Shown piece after piece: positions 24,011-35,165 of a stretch of DNA of 64,000 nucleotides. The notes below the pieces were generated by a model that saw only the letters and a list, made by a program, of their open reading frames with translations, was not told the DNA's origin and made no database searches. The first letter of the stretch is position 1. The number at the start of each line of letters is the position of its first letter. The stretch lies in assembly GCA_030390025.1 (NCBI GenBank), contig CM059432.1, positions 18,726,001-18,790,000 on the forward strand. Direction: 5' to 3'. Source of the stretch: Squalus acanthias (lineage: Eukaryota). The position numbers were made by a program, and so were the translations under genes.

Positions 24011-25334
24011 GATGCTGCCTGACCTGCTGAGTATTTCCAACATTTTCTGTTTTTATTCCTCTTTTACATCATTGCTTACTGAATCATGAGTTTATCTCCC
24101 TTTTCAGAAATGTTTCTACCTGTTTCATTATGTCCCTTACCCTGACACCAGGGAGTAATAACCCATTTTTATGTTTGCAATATTATGCTCTGTACAGCCA
24201 TACCCATTATAACTTCAGGAATGTGAATGCAGAGTAACTTCTCAATACGTTTTTGAAAGCTTGCTGTTTGAATTTGGCCTGAAATCAGTAGAATAATTCT
24301 ATCTCTATTTAGTATTAATGGAAATCAGTTTAATTTCAGAAGTCCCTTTGCTCCTTTTGTTTTCTTGCAATGTACAATATTAATGCACCCAATTTGATCC
24401 CAGGTGCCTTCTTTTCCATGATCCCTATCACACAGTATAAAAGGAGGCCCAATTTCAGAATTTGGCAGTACTGTGAAAATTATTCATACTGATTCTGGCT
24501 CTTCAGTTCAAACAAAAAATTGTTTGCCAGCCACATTTACATGAAGATGATGCCCCTCCCAGTAGAGGTCTTTTTCTTTATGCATTGAAACATTCAGAAA
24601 AAGCACTGCTATATTTATAGACTTTTTGAAAGACCCTTTTCCAAAATGCTTTACTTTTAAAGTTTCATGCAATTTTCATTTCAAACGGTCTGCTCACTAG
24701 AAATCTGCATTGTCCAATTTCACTTCAATCCCAACCAGAAGAAAAGACAACTAATGCTTTATATTGAGCATCTCGAATCAAAAAGTACATTGCAAAGTTG
24801 TTCAATACACAATTGGCATTTCATTCATGGAACTGCAAATTAACATTGCCCTGCGTAATAACGACCAGGGCACTACAATCAGCACATTAAGACATTGCGA
24901 GTTGTATTTGAGAGTTATTGCCAGAGACAATGCAATAATACGTAGGACACTTTGGTTTCAGTCCTGCTTGGACCCTGGGAATGCAGTCAGGGTTGAAGAT
25001 GTGGATTATAATGTTAGATGAATATCCAAGAGCTTCCTCTCAATTACCCTTAGGGGTTAGGGAGAAATTTCACAGAGCGTTTTCTACTGGTAAGTCATGC
25101 TTGTGATTATTCACCTCCCTCAGGAGATGCCTGCACTTGGGGAGAATCTGTGACAGTGAAAATTGTGCAGTGTCAGTTGCATAGAGCAGGATTGATGGGA
25201 TTAATAGCCCTTGGATAGTGTTGAATTTCATTAGGCCAGGACTCTAAAAGTGAATGCTTATTGTTCCTTAAAATGATGGTGTAATCCCTTGATACCTTGG
25301 TGTGCAAACGTAGTGTGCCATTCAGGTGATTCCA

Positions 25335-25640
25335 TTACTGGTCTGTGCTGATTTAGCTGATCCTAGTTGAGTTGACAGTTGGGATGCTATAATTAGCCTC
25401 AGTGGATCTGGAAAATGGAGGGAAAAAATCAATTGGGGTTCCCACTCCTGATCATAAACTAGACTGTTGGACACTTCTCAGGTGCAAATGCTGGGTATGG
25501 ATAGGATTAGATCAGCTGTGATGCCCTCCATAAATAAATAGTCTTCCAGCACTCACTGCCCAACCTAATGCCTGAAGACATGTTACTTGGGAGATGGCCA
25601 TAGAACAGCAAGAGTTAGTACCTTCAGGAGAGAATAAATC
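25335..25640 (+). mobile_element. Ancient SINE remnant (AmnSINE2-like, from memory)
   Basis: TGTGCTGATTTAGCTGATC...CTATAATTAGCCTCAGTG...GGAGGGAAAAAATC...GGGGTTCCCACTCCTGATC. Confidence 0.45.
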
Positions 25641-25794
25641 AGGGCAGGGGAGTGGAATCATCATCACGCTCCTGACTAATCAAGAATGTGCACTCTCAAC
25701 CAAAAGTTAGTTAGTTTGAGTCTCCTGTGCCTAGTGACACATGAGGCAACCCATTTCTTCCATTGTTGTCTATCCAGAGCAGAACAGTTGACTC

Positions 25795-25884
25795 CATCAG
25801 ATCAGCCATGATCTCATTGAATGGCGGAGATAGCTCGAGGGGCCGAATGGCCTACTCCTGCTCCTATCTTCTATGTTTCTATCA
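25795..25884 (+). mobile_element. CR1 3' UTR/tail remnant
   Basis: GATCAGCCATGATCTCATTGAATGGCGG...TTCTATGTTTCTAT. Confidence 0.8.
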
Positions 25885-26282
25885 TCTTACCTTACATTTA
25901 GCAGATCAGGGTTCTCCACAGTTGATGTTTATATTTGCAGGTCTGTAATGTAACAAAAGGCATTTTTCGGCTAGCCTGACGCTCAACCCCCTACCAGACA
26001 GATCGGTGACTGCCTTTAATCTGCCTCCTACCCTTAAACCTGTTTGGCTTGGGTGACACTACCAGGTGTTATACTCCCGCCAGCATACGTCGCCGGGTCA
26101 TAGGAGCATGCAAGCCTTCCCAGCAGGTCAAGGTGCAGTCCCTAAGGAAGGAGAGCAATCGAAAGGAATGTACATACCAAGTCACAGTATGGAAACACCC
26201 AAGGGGTCATTTGAACATTACTGACCCGGTAGGAAACTGACAATGGAAGTCAATGAAAAGTAAAATTTATGGAAAGTTAAGT

Positions 26283-26614
26283 TTCCCCTGGCTGGAGTGT
26301 CGAGAGCTAGGGTGCATAGTCTCAGGATAAGGGGTAGGCCATTTAAGACCGAGATGAGGAGGAATTTCTTCACTGAGGGTTGTGAATCTTTGGAATTCTC
26401 TGCCCCAGAGGGCTGTGAATGCTGAGTCTTTGAGTATATTCAAGGCTGAGATCGATAGATTTTTGGACTCTAGGGGAATCAAGGGATTTGGAGATCGGGC
26501 GGGAAAGTGGAGTTGAGGTCGATGATCAGCCATGCTCTTATTGAATGGTGGAACAGGCTCGAGGGGCCGTATGGCCTACTCCTGCTCTTATTTCTTATGC
26601 TCTTATGTTCTTAT
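26283..26614 (+). mobile_element. CR1 3' fragment within a degenerate GC-rich repeat (~25960-26705)
   Basis: FPLAGVSRARVHSLRIRGRPFKTEMRRNFF; (TTCTTATG)n tail. Confidence 0.85.
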
Positions 26615-27430
26615 CAGGCAGGATATAAAATGATGGGGGGGGGGGGGCGGTTCAATCTGATCACGTCAGTTTCCCGCCTGGTGCGTTGGGTTAAAATGAC
26701 CCCTCTCCATCATCAGCTTCTGAGTTTGAATACTCGTGCCTGGTAAAATGTTAATTATCCATTAATACTCTCTGGAGCGAGTGTAAAGAGTACTTCTTTC
26801 AAACAAAATCACAACGGGCTCTGTAATTTTCTTTTCTTTTGAAGTGTTACGGTAAGATGATTTTAAAAACTGTTATAACGCTACAGAGAGGCAGGTGTGT
26901 CTGTGCAGCTGCTACACCAAGGTCCTTTCAATAACCACAAAGACCCACAATACCAGTGTACAGTCAAAAGATGTCCTTGGATAACATTGTGTTTTAATAG
27001 TTCCCTGTTCGATATGGAATTACCTACATTCTTTTTAGATAAACTTCCAATCCTGAGTTATGTGCCTTATTTACAGCGTTTATACGACACTGTTATTAAT
27101 AAAAGATGTTTAAGACTGTTTGAGCTAACAGGTGCTCTGTTTTCCAGCAACCTACTGTATGAGATGCAGCCAGTGATGCATGATAATATGGGTCGGATGT
27201 CAGGTGATTCACTCAGAGAAAAGCCACCTCGATAGCGGTCCTCGGTTTCTGTCTGAGTCCTCAACACAGAGGGTAAAGAAAAAGGTACAAATGGAGTCAT
27301 AAACAATAAAGAAAAGTGACTGAGTTATATAGGGAAAATAGGCCAAGAGAATGAATTCTGGTGTGACATTGCTGTCAAAGCAGAAGTGCAAGCACGTTCT
27401 AAAGATGGGCTTGCAAAAGGGAGCGACATT

Positions 27431-29040
27431 GGCCGGAATTTTCTGGCATCCGTGCAGGTGCGATTGGAGGTGGGCCGGGTGGGAAGTTTGAAATAAGTTG
27501 GAGCGGGTCGGGAACAAGCCATCAACCCGCCCCCTCGCGCCTCTCCCTCAGGCGCGTTTGCCATCGCGGCAGCGACCTGACCGGGAGAGGCGGCCGAGCT
27601 AATTCAGATGATTATGAGGTACTTGTCAGATCCTTAAGAATCTTTTTAACCCCGCCTTTCAAATTTCCCTGGATGAGCACGGGAATCACTCAGCTCGGGA
27701 ACCACGTCTGTGAACCTGAGGCGGAAGATGAGTGGCCATTGATCCAGCTCATTAGGGCACAGCATGAAAAGAACAATAAAAACTCTCACCTGACAACTGG
27801 TCACTTTCCTAAGGCAGATTGTCAGCACAGATTTAGCTTTCTAGAGGTTGCAAGTCTTTTCAGCAAAGTCGGGATCCACTTGCCACCTCATTGGTACCAC
27901 CTATTACACCATTGCCAGATTGCTTCTGTCATCTCTACTTGACCTGCCATCTATTACATCAGCATGGGTGCCAGTTATACTGTCTCACCTTGGTCCTCAG
28001 AATCAGACCACAATGAGCCCCAACACCAGCAGCACCAGACACACCAGCAGCACCAACAACAACAACACCAACCTTCTCTTCAACCACCTCATGCTCAGAA
28101 TCAGGAGGAACCTGTGGTCCACATCCCACCAGCACCCGAACACATTGCTGCCCGGGAGGCCAGGGATGGCCTCATCATGGTCATATGGCTGCCACATGCT
28201 GTGCCAGGTTCCCACCACCCCACAGCATCACCATAAAGCATCCCTACAATGGCCAAGCCATTCTTTTCACACTGCCCACCATTGCTGGAGGTAATGTTAT
28301 GTCTCACCATTCACTCCAACTCACTAAGCCACTTCCAACATTGCACGCAAATTTGTGTGGTGAAAATAAATATTTTTATCTATGCCATCACAGTAACAGA
28401 AACTTTACAGAAACATGTAATAAAACACCCAAATGGCTACCCTTGTGCATCTACTTGTGTTTCATCTACTTGTGTTTCATCTCTTATGCGTGCTTCTATG
28501 AGATGCTACCCCTGTGAGGGGGTGCAACGGGAGAGAAGTGTGAGCGCTTTGAGAAGAGCCCCACTTCCATGTCCCCTCTCATGGGCCAACTGCACTTCCC
28601 TGCTAGCGAGGAGCTGGAGAGCACCTTGCTACACAGCAGTGGGACCATGAGGACCCACGTCTACGTTGACATCCCTCCTAGAGAGGATGTCCATGAGCGA
28701 CTGCCATCTACTCTCCATAGATGTCCCAGAAGACCAGGGATCTCAGCAGAGACTGGAGGGGGTACCAGCACCCACTGACCTAGAAAGCTAATACAAGTGC
28801 CTCCTTTGTAAGGGAGCCAGATTTTACCTGCCAAATTCTTCTGGCACTGGGGGTCCAGGCCACATCCTAGGTTTGACCCCCCAAGGTAGGCCCCACTGTT
28901 AGATGGCTGGTATCCCTGCTTCCACTCAGTGCACCATCTCACCAGTGTTCCGCCAGGCTGATCATCCGCCATTTACACTGTTTCTCTGGGATTTCCGCCA
29001 GTCTTCTGCTGAAGTTACGGTGGGAGATCAGAAGAACCCT
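27431..29040. mobile_element. Degenerate Harbinger-like non-autonomous element(s)
   Basis: Starts GAC-ATT|GGCCGGAATTTTC with a GC-rich subterminal region like the other MITEs; right end not resolved. Confidence 0.4.
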
Positions 29041-29534
29041 CATCATCAGAAGAACCCTTCAACGTAACATCCAAACTCAGGTATGAACTTACTAATTCCC
29101 TAGCTTATCTATTTCAACTGTTTATGTTAAATTGTGTTGATTCATGCAAGTGCAAAGCAACAAAATTATCTCTGTCCACAAAGTCAAATCCTTGCAACAC
29201 CACTATCACCTACTGCCATGGAAACCATAGTGAATGAGGAGATGTTTCAATATCTCAATCACAATAATAGGTTACCTTGATCACCAGATTGGCTTTACAA
29301 CAATCTGGCTGATTTATGAGCCCTAATTCTGCAAGCCCTACTGGCAGTGGCCATGGATTGGAAAAAATTGGACCCCTGAGCTCACATGACCTGAATCTTG
29401 TGTTGAATTTTTCAAGGCGCGAATTTTGGCAATGGAAAAATTTGGCACTTATTTAACTAGAATTCGTATGGATTCCATAAGTATCAGGTCCCATGTTGAA
29501 TTTCCTGCCTTTGGCTGGCGCTGCACTCTCAATG

Positions 29535-29617
29535 TCTAATTGGATAGCACTTCCACAGTGTCAGCACAGACACGATGGGCCGAATGGCCTCCTTCTGTGC
29601 TGTATGATTCTATGATT
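29535..29617 (+). mobile_element. CR1 3' tail remnant
   Basis: CTAATTGGATAGC...GGGCCGAATGGCCTCCTTCTGTGCTGTATGATTCTATGATT. Confidence 0.8.
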
Positions 29618-30639
29618 GTGTACCTCACCCGTTTAAAATAGGGGGCATCAAGGATCCTGGAGCTTGGCTTGTTTCAGTAGGACTCTGAAAGGTAGGTTAA
29701 TAACACACTCTTATTAATGTATTTTCTAGTTTCTTTTGTATTTTTATGATTTTTTTTTTCTCCTGGCCAATACTTTCCTTCATACGTCTTGACTTCTGCT
29801 GATATTTAGATAGCACCATAGAAAGATGAGAATTCCAAGGCTTTGGCTGTGTGATTTCAAACACCAGGTCATGATATGTAGACAATTACCTTCTTCTTAC
29901 AATACCTACAGCATTAAAATAATAACTAATGACATTAAAGCTCCTTTTATTTTTAAACGGAAATGGCATGCTTTGACAACAAATGAACATTTTCAATCAT
30001 TTATTTGTTAAATATTTAATTTGCTACAGAATTAGTATTTAATAAAGGCACAGTGATGTCAGAATTCCCAAAATGCACTCCTGGAGAGGGGCAATAACCA
30101 CTCCATTCATGAACAAAATCACACAACAGAACACAACAATTAGATGGTTTTGAATACTTCACTAGAGAATTGTGATTAACCGCAAACCTCTGCAGCTTTA
30201 AATTATTCATTAAGGCTCAATTAAGTTGTCAAATTCAAGAATTCTCAGTACAGATTAAAAATCTACCAACCAAAAAGCACGAGTCAATGAATGCATCAAG
30301 CCAGGCCTTTTTAATACTTCCCTGTGCTTGACCTGGCTCAGTTGCAGCCATCATTATAAACTCTAAAGCGCTGAAAGTATAAATGGGGTATTAGGCTGCC
30401 TGCTTCTGCAACTGTGCTGTGAGAACTGTGAAGATCACTGTATTTGGAGAATTGTATTCTTTTATTTCGTGGATATCATGCTGTTTGCTGAGCAATGAGA
30501 CGTTGTCTAATTTAATCACGGTCAGGGCTGTGCTGATCTACATTATGGCCCTAAATCTGCTATAACGTTACTGTCGCTTTTGTAAGGGTAGCATTGTAGT
30601 CATATAGCGCAACATTTTTTAAACAGATGAAAGAGTAAA

Positions 30640-30776
30640 GGGTGTATGAGCTGAGAAATATAGAGGAACAGAGGGATCTTGGAGTGCATGTCCACAGATC
30701 CCTGAAGGTAGCAGGACAGGTAGATAAGGTGGTTAAGAGGACATAAGGGATACTTTCCTTTATTAGCAAAGACATA
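30640..30776 (+). mobile_element. CR1 RT fragment hosting Harbinger copy 2 (continues, rearranged, at 34752-35052)
   Basis: EEQRDLGVHVHRSLKVAGQVDKVVK. Confidence 0.8.
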
Positions 30777-31293
30777 GGGGGAAAAAATTCAGTTGGTTGC
30801 GGCTCCCATTAGCGCCTTAAGAGGGCGCTAATGGGGCGCAAAGCAACGAGCGCCTGGGCGCAGCGATGTTTGCGCCGCTCGCGAAATTAACTAGACATAT
30901 TGTGGCGGCGCTAAACTTTACCGCCGCGATCTCCTGCGCACGCAGATCTTGATGTCATACGAGGGTGCAACGCCCTTGTGGCGCCCCGGAGTGGAAATTG
31001 AGTGGCGCCCCCCATCCTTTCCGCCTGGCGCAACCAACGACCGGAAGACTGGGACGCTCCCCAGTCACTGTGGGGCTGGGGGGGCGCTATTTAAAGGGGG
31101 CCTCTTCCTGTCTTTCTCTGTGGTTGACATTTTTGCACCACTCGTTCTGAGAGAGAAAGAGAGAGAGATTCGGAGAGAGAAAAAGAGAGACTTCTGCATT
31201 GAGTTAACACTGTGTGAGGTAGTTTTGGCTACTGATCATAACTTTGCAGGTACTTTGGTTTTTGACCTTCATAACTTTGATTGCCAAGAGACT

Positions 31294-32324
31294 ATGGGGG
31301 CTGCACTGATTGGGGGCATCATCCTGCGCCACCAGAATCGGAGGACACAGAGACGCAGAGAGAGAGTGGCGATCATGGCCAGACGGAGGAGGGCCAACAG
31401 GCCTCTGTACAGGAGACCTTACCCTCCCAGGGTATATCGCCAACAATTCACATATATTAATATGTCTGAGGAGCAGTGTTTGCGAAGGCTGCGCTTCAGC
31501 AAGGAGGTAGTGACTGAGCTCTGCCACCTGCTGCAGTGAGATCTGCAGCCTCAACTGAGGTCCAGGACGTCTCTGTCGGTGGCAGTGAAGATCACAGTGG
31601 CTCTGAACTTTTATGCCACTGGCTCATTTCAATCAGCTACTGGGGACATCGCCAATATCTCCCAGTTCACGGTGCATTGCTGCATCCGTCAGATCACAAA
31701 TGCCCTCTTTAAAAGGAGACGAGAGTACATCTCTTTCCCCATGACCCCAGACAAGCAGCAAGAACGCGCAATGGGCTTTGCTAGGATAGTGGGCTTCCCC
31801 ATGGTGCAGGGCACCATTGACTGCACGCATGTGGCTTTGCGTGCTCCGCATGAGAATGCTGAGGATTTCCGCAACAGAAAGGGGTTCCATTCCTTAAACG
31901 TTCAGTTGGTCTGTGACCACAGACAGCTGATACTCGCTGTCAATGCCCACTATCCTGGCAGCTGCCACGATGCATTCATCCTGCGCCAGACTACTGTGGC
32001 AGAACTTTTCCAGGCACCGCATCAGCCAGTTGGTTGGCTTCTCGGGGACAAGGGATATCCACTGAGCACCTGGCTGATGACACCGCTCCGTACGCCCAAC
32101 ACCCCTGCTGAGCTGCGGTACAACGAGAGCCATCAAGCTACAAGGAACATCGTTGAGCACACAATCGGCGTGCTCAAGCAATGGTTCCGCTGTCTGGACC
32201 ATTCTGGAGGAGCCCTGCAGTACTCGCCTGAGCGAATTACCCACTTCGTAGTTGTGTGCTGCATGCTGCATAACCTGGCAATCCTCAGGACCCAGCCAAT
32301 GCCACCAGGCCTTGGAGCACCACC

Positions 32325-32357
<33 letters not shown>

Positions 32358-32448
32358 TGATCATCAGCAGCACCAAGGCGGGAGGGAGGCCCACAATGTA
32401 GAAACTGGAAGGGCCGTCCGTCAACGGCTGATAGCAAGCCGCTTCTAG
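31294..32448 (+). pseudogene. HARBI1-like transposase, 384 codons, single in-frame TGA at 31537-31539
   Basis: ORFs 30949-31539 and 31579-32448 share one frame; GTIDCTHV, LLGDKGY, IVEHTIG. Copy 1 has CCA at the stop position. Confidence 0.92.
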
Positions 32449-32747
32449 GCCCCTGCTGAGGAAATGGCTTCTGCCATTGAGAACAACATGAATGAAACCA
32501 ACCCGCAACCCCTAAGCCAGCCAAGGCAGCAATGATTCCAAAGACCAAACGTGTACATTTTGAATACAAAAACTTATTTATTTCACAAACTCTGTGTGTG
32601 TCATTTCCTCATGACAAACTAATAGAAAGAAACACAAAAACACAGTCATTAACATAACTGATTCTCATAACCTGGAGATAATGTTCAAAAGTTTGACCAC
32701 GAACCTCGGCCTTTAATAAAAAAATGACCAACATTTTGTCACACCTC

Positions 32748-34567
32748 CTACTTTTTGCCCTTCGAGGGTGATCTCCTTCCCTTGCACACTTCCTCCCTTC
32801 CCACCCTACTGCTCCTCCGTAATGGGACCTCAGTGGCTGCAGCAAGGCTGGTGGAAGGCTGCTGATTGTCAGAACCTGAGACTGCAGATGTCCTTGAAGG
32901 ATGTCCTCGACCAGCTCTGGGCCTGGAGGGCCCGGCTGCAGACTGCACCAACTCTGCATGGGCGGCAGCAGTCTGTCCTACAGGCGGTGGCAAGTGCAGT
33001 GGAGAAGTGACAGTGGTGGCAGCAGGAATGCTGTCATCTTGAGAGAGGACAGCAACTCCCTGCTCGACCGACACACTGGCACTCCCACGGGGCAGCAATT
33101 CAGCATCCGGAGCAATCTGCTGGAGCACAGATTGCTGGCCTGCTGCGGCACGGTGAGAGCCCCGGGGAAATGTATACGAACCATCGAGGATTGCAGCAGT
33201 CAGTGCTTGCGTGGCCTCAATCTGAGTCTGCATGAGAGCAGTCAGAGATGGGTTCATGGCAGCCATTGACTGAATTGCAGCACTAAACATTTGCGTGGCA
33301 TCCGCCTGTGCTACAGCGAAGTGCTCCACACTCCTTGCCAGTGATTCAATGCATTCGGGCACCCTTCCCACTGCACCCATGAGCTCAGTGTGCATGTCCA
33401 CCGCCTGGGTGTTCATTTCAGCGATGAGCCGCTCCTCCTCTGTGTCCAGTGCAGTAGGACTCGCTGGCATACTCTCCCTCCAGGGAGAAGGCTCCCGAGC
33501 TTCCCTACCCCCATCACGTTGCTGCAGCCCGCTGGGTCCTGGAGCTTCACCCTCATCAGACCCTTCCCCCCTGCTCCCCTCCAGGGAAGGCGTGTTCCCA
33601 GTGTGGGCATGGGCTTCCTCGGGAGAGGGTGGCGCTGATGCTCCGCCTTCATCTTCCTCCTTGGCTGCAGCTTCACTCCCACTGGCAGCTTGAGGGCCCG
33701 TCTCCTCAGCTGGTGAATCACCATCTGAAAGCAGGGAGGTACAAGAGTGGCTTTAGCGTGAGGACAGGGGGGCAGTAAGGGAAGAATGAGTGCAGCGATT
33801 TAGTAAGTTGGATTGAAAGTGTCAAAGGCTGGTGTTGTGGGGGACAAGTGGAAGGACAGAGGACAAAAAGGTGATGACCTTACCATTGCTGTCCAGAACG
33901 GGGTCGGCGTCTCCAGTGGCGACAGGACCGATCACCCGGCTTGCCACAATCCTGTGGACGCGCGCCTCAAGATCGCTGAGGGGTTGCAGCTGAGGCCGCC
34001 CTCCACCTGTCCATTGCTGCTGTCTCCTATTATGAGACAGCTTGGCCTGCAAGAAAAAGGACGGCATCTGAGTAAATATACAGCCATGGTCTTGCCTGAT
34101 GTGCCTCCCATAGGTGAATAGCCCTTACTGTATGCAGCCATGGTCTTGCCTGATGTGCCTCCCATAGGTGATTAGCCCTTACTGTATGCAAAGTGTGGAA
34201 TGTGCGTGTGTGTTTCATGAGAGGGCCATAGGTGTTGGATGAGTGTTGGACATTGGGGTTTTAAGACCCTCTGGTCATAGAGTGAGGTTGAGATGGAGGG
34301 ATGGAGAGGTATTGAAAAAAAGCCACTCACCCTGACGATCCGAGTGAGGTCGTTGAACTTTTTTCGACACTGTATATGGGTCCTGGGCACCATGCTCCTG
34401 GAGGAGACGCTCTGAGCCACCTCCCTCCACACTCTTCTGTACTCGTGCGGCAAAGGCCTCCTACCACTCTCAGGGAAGAGTATAGATCTTCTGCGCCCCA
34501 CCGCGCCAACCAGAGCATCCAAGGCCCGCTCGCTGAAGCGTTGAGCTCGTTCTCTCACCCTCTCCAT
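32748..34567 (-). CDS. Intact 3-exon Harbinger Myb/SANT-like protein (NAIF1/MSANTD-like), 458 aa; exons 34567-34331, 34046-33884, 33724-32748
   Basis: 237+163+977 = 1377 nt, open throughout on manual translation; GT-AG sites at the same positions as in copy 1; basic C-terminus RRSPSKGKK. Confidence 0.85.
34078..34186 (-). repeat. Same 54-bp intronic minisatellite, 2 units
   Basis: CAGCCATGGTCTTGCCTGATGTGCCTCCCATAGGTGA occurs twice. Confidence 0.9.
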
Positions 34568-34751
34568 AGTCCTTGGCTGGAAGATTTAGGTACAGGTCTC
34601 TCCAGGCCGAGATTCAAGGCTCCAATGAGCAGGGTGTGGCTGGAGTGCAAGATCGACCCTCCCCTTTAAGAACTGTCCGGCGCCAGTGTGTCTGTGTTCC
34701 ATCGCTAACTGACAGCACCTGTGCTGCGCCCGCGCTCTGAGTTAGCGCCTC

Positions 34752-35052
34752 TGTACCCTCTCTAGTGCAATCACATCTTTCCTGTAATGTGGTGACCAGA
34801 ACTGCATGCAGTACTCTAGCTGTGGCCTACCTAATGTTTTATACAGTTCAAGCATAACCTGAAAGGGCGGTGGAAGTAAATTCAATAATAACTTTCAAAA
34901 GAGAATTAGACAAATACTTGAAGGGGAAAAATTTGCAGGGCTGTGGGGAAAGATCAGGGGAGTGGGACTAATTGGATAACTCTTTCAAAGAGCTGACACA
35001 GACATGATGGGCCGAATGGTCTCCTCCTCTGCTGTATCATTCTATGATTCTG
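34752..35052. mobile_element. CR1 remnants: inverted piece 34752-34859, then + strand 3' end 34860-35052
   Basis: 34752-34859 is the reverse complement of EVMLELYKTL...LERVQR; then PERAVE... and an (ATGATTCT)n tail. Confidence 0.8.
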
Positions 35053-35054
35053 TG

Positions 35055-35165
35055 GCGGAAATCTGAAATATAAACAGAAAAATTCGGCCAATACACATCT
35101 GGGTAGTCAGCATCTGAAGGACAAAAATAGGTTAGTGTCTCAGGTATAAACCTTCTTGAGAAAGA
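35055..35165 (-). mobile_element. Degenerate Penelope-type tail
   Basis: Reverse complement resembles CAGATGCTG...TTTTCTGTTT.TATTTCAG of the other tails. Confidence 0.45.

Larger units (their letters stand above)
18650..24057 (+). mobile_element. Penelope-like element (outer copy, internally deleted), split by a CR1 (18999-22876) and a solo LTR (23243-24010)
   Basis: HYKPTDSHSYLDYTSSHP...IPFS...RLRRICSD (PLE RT C-terminus) at 18650-18998; resumes CCACCTCCAG near 22877; tail resumes after 24010. Confidence 0.8.
30777..34751. mobile_element. PIF/Harbinger transposon copy 2, opposite orientation, Myb-side terminus (~180 bp including TIR) missing
   Basis: Left TIR GGGGGAAAAAATT; colinear with the reverse complement of copy 1 until about copy-1 position 11898. 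Confidence 0.93.

Noticed and set aside
27964..28236. Gln/His-rich ORF
   Set aside because: Low-complexity CAA/CAG/CAC tract in a degenerate repeat; no domain or supporting exons.
30949..31293. N-terminal extension of the transposase
   Set aside because: Depends on a TTG start and is not open in copy 1; the shared ATG is at 31294.
31294..32448. Host HARBI1 gene
   Set aside because: Lies within a TIR-bearing multi-copy transposon and has an in-frame stop.
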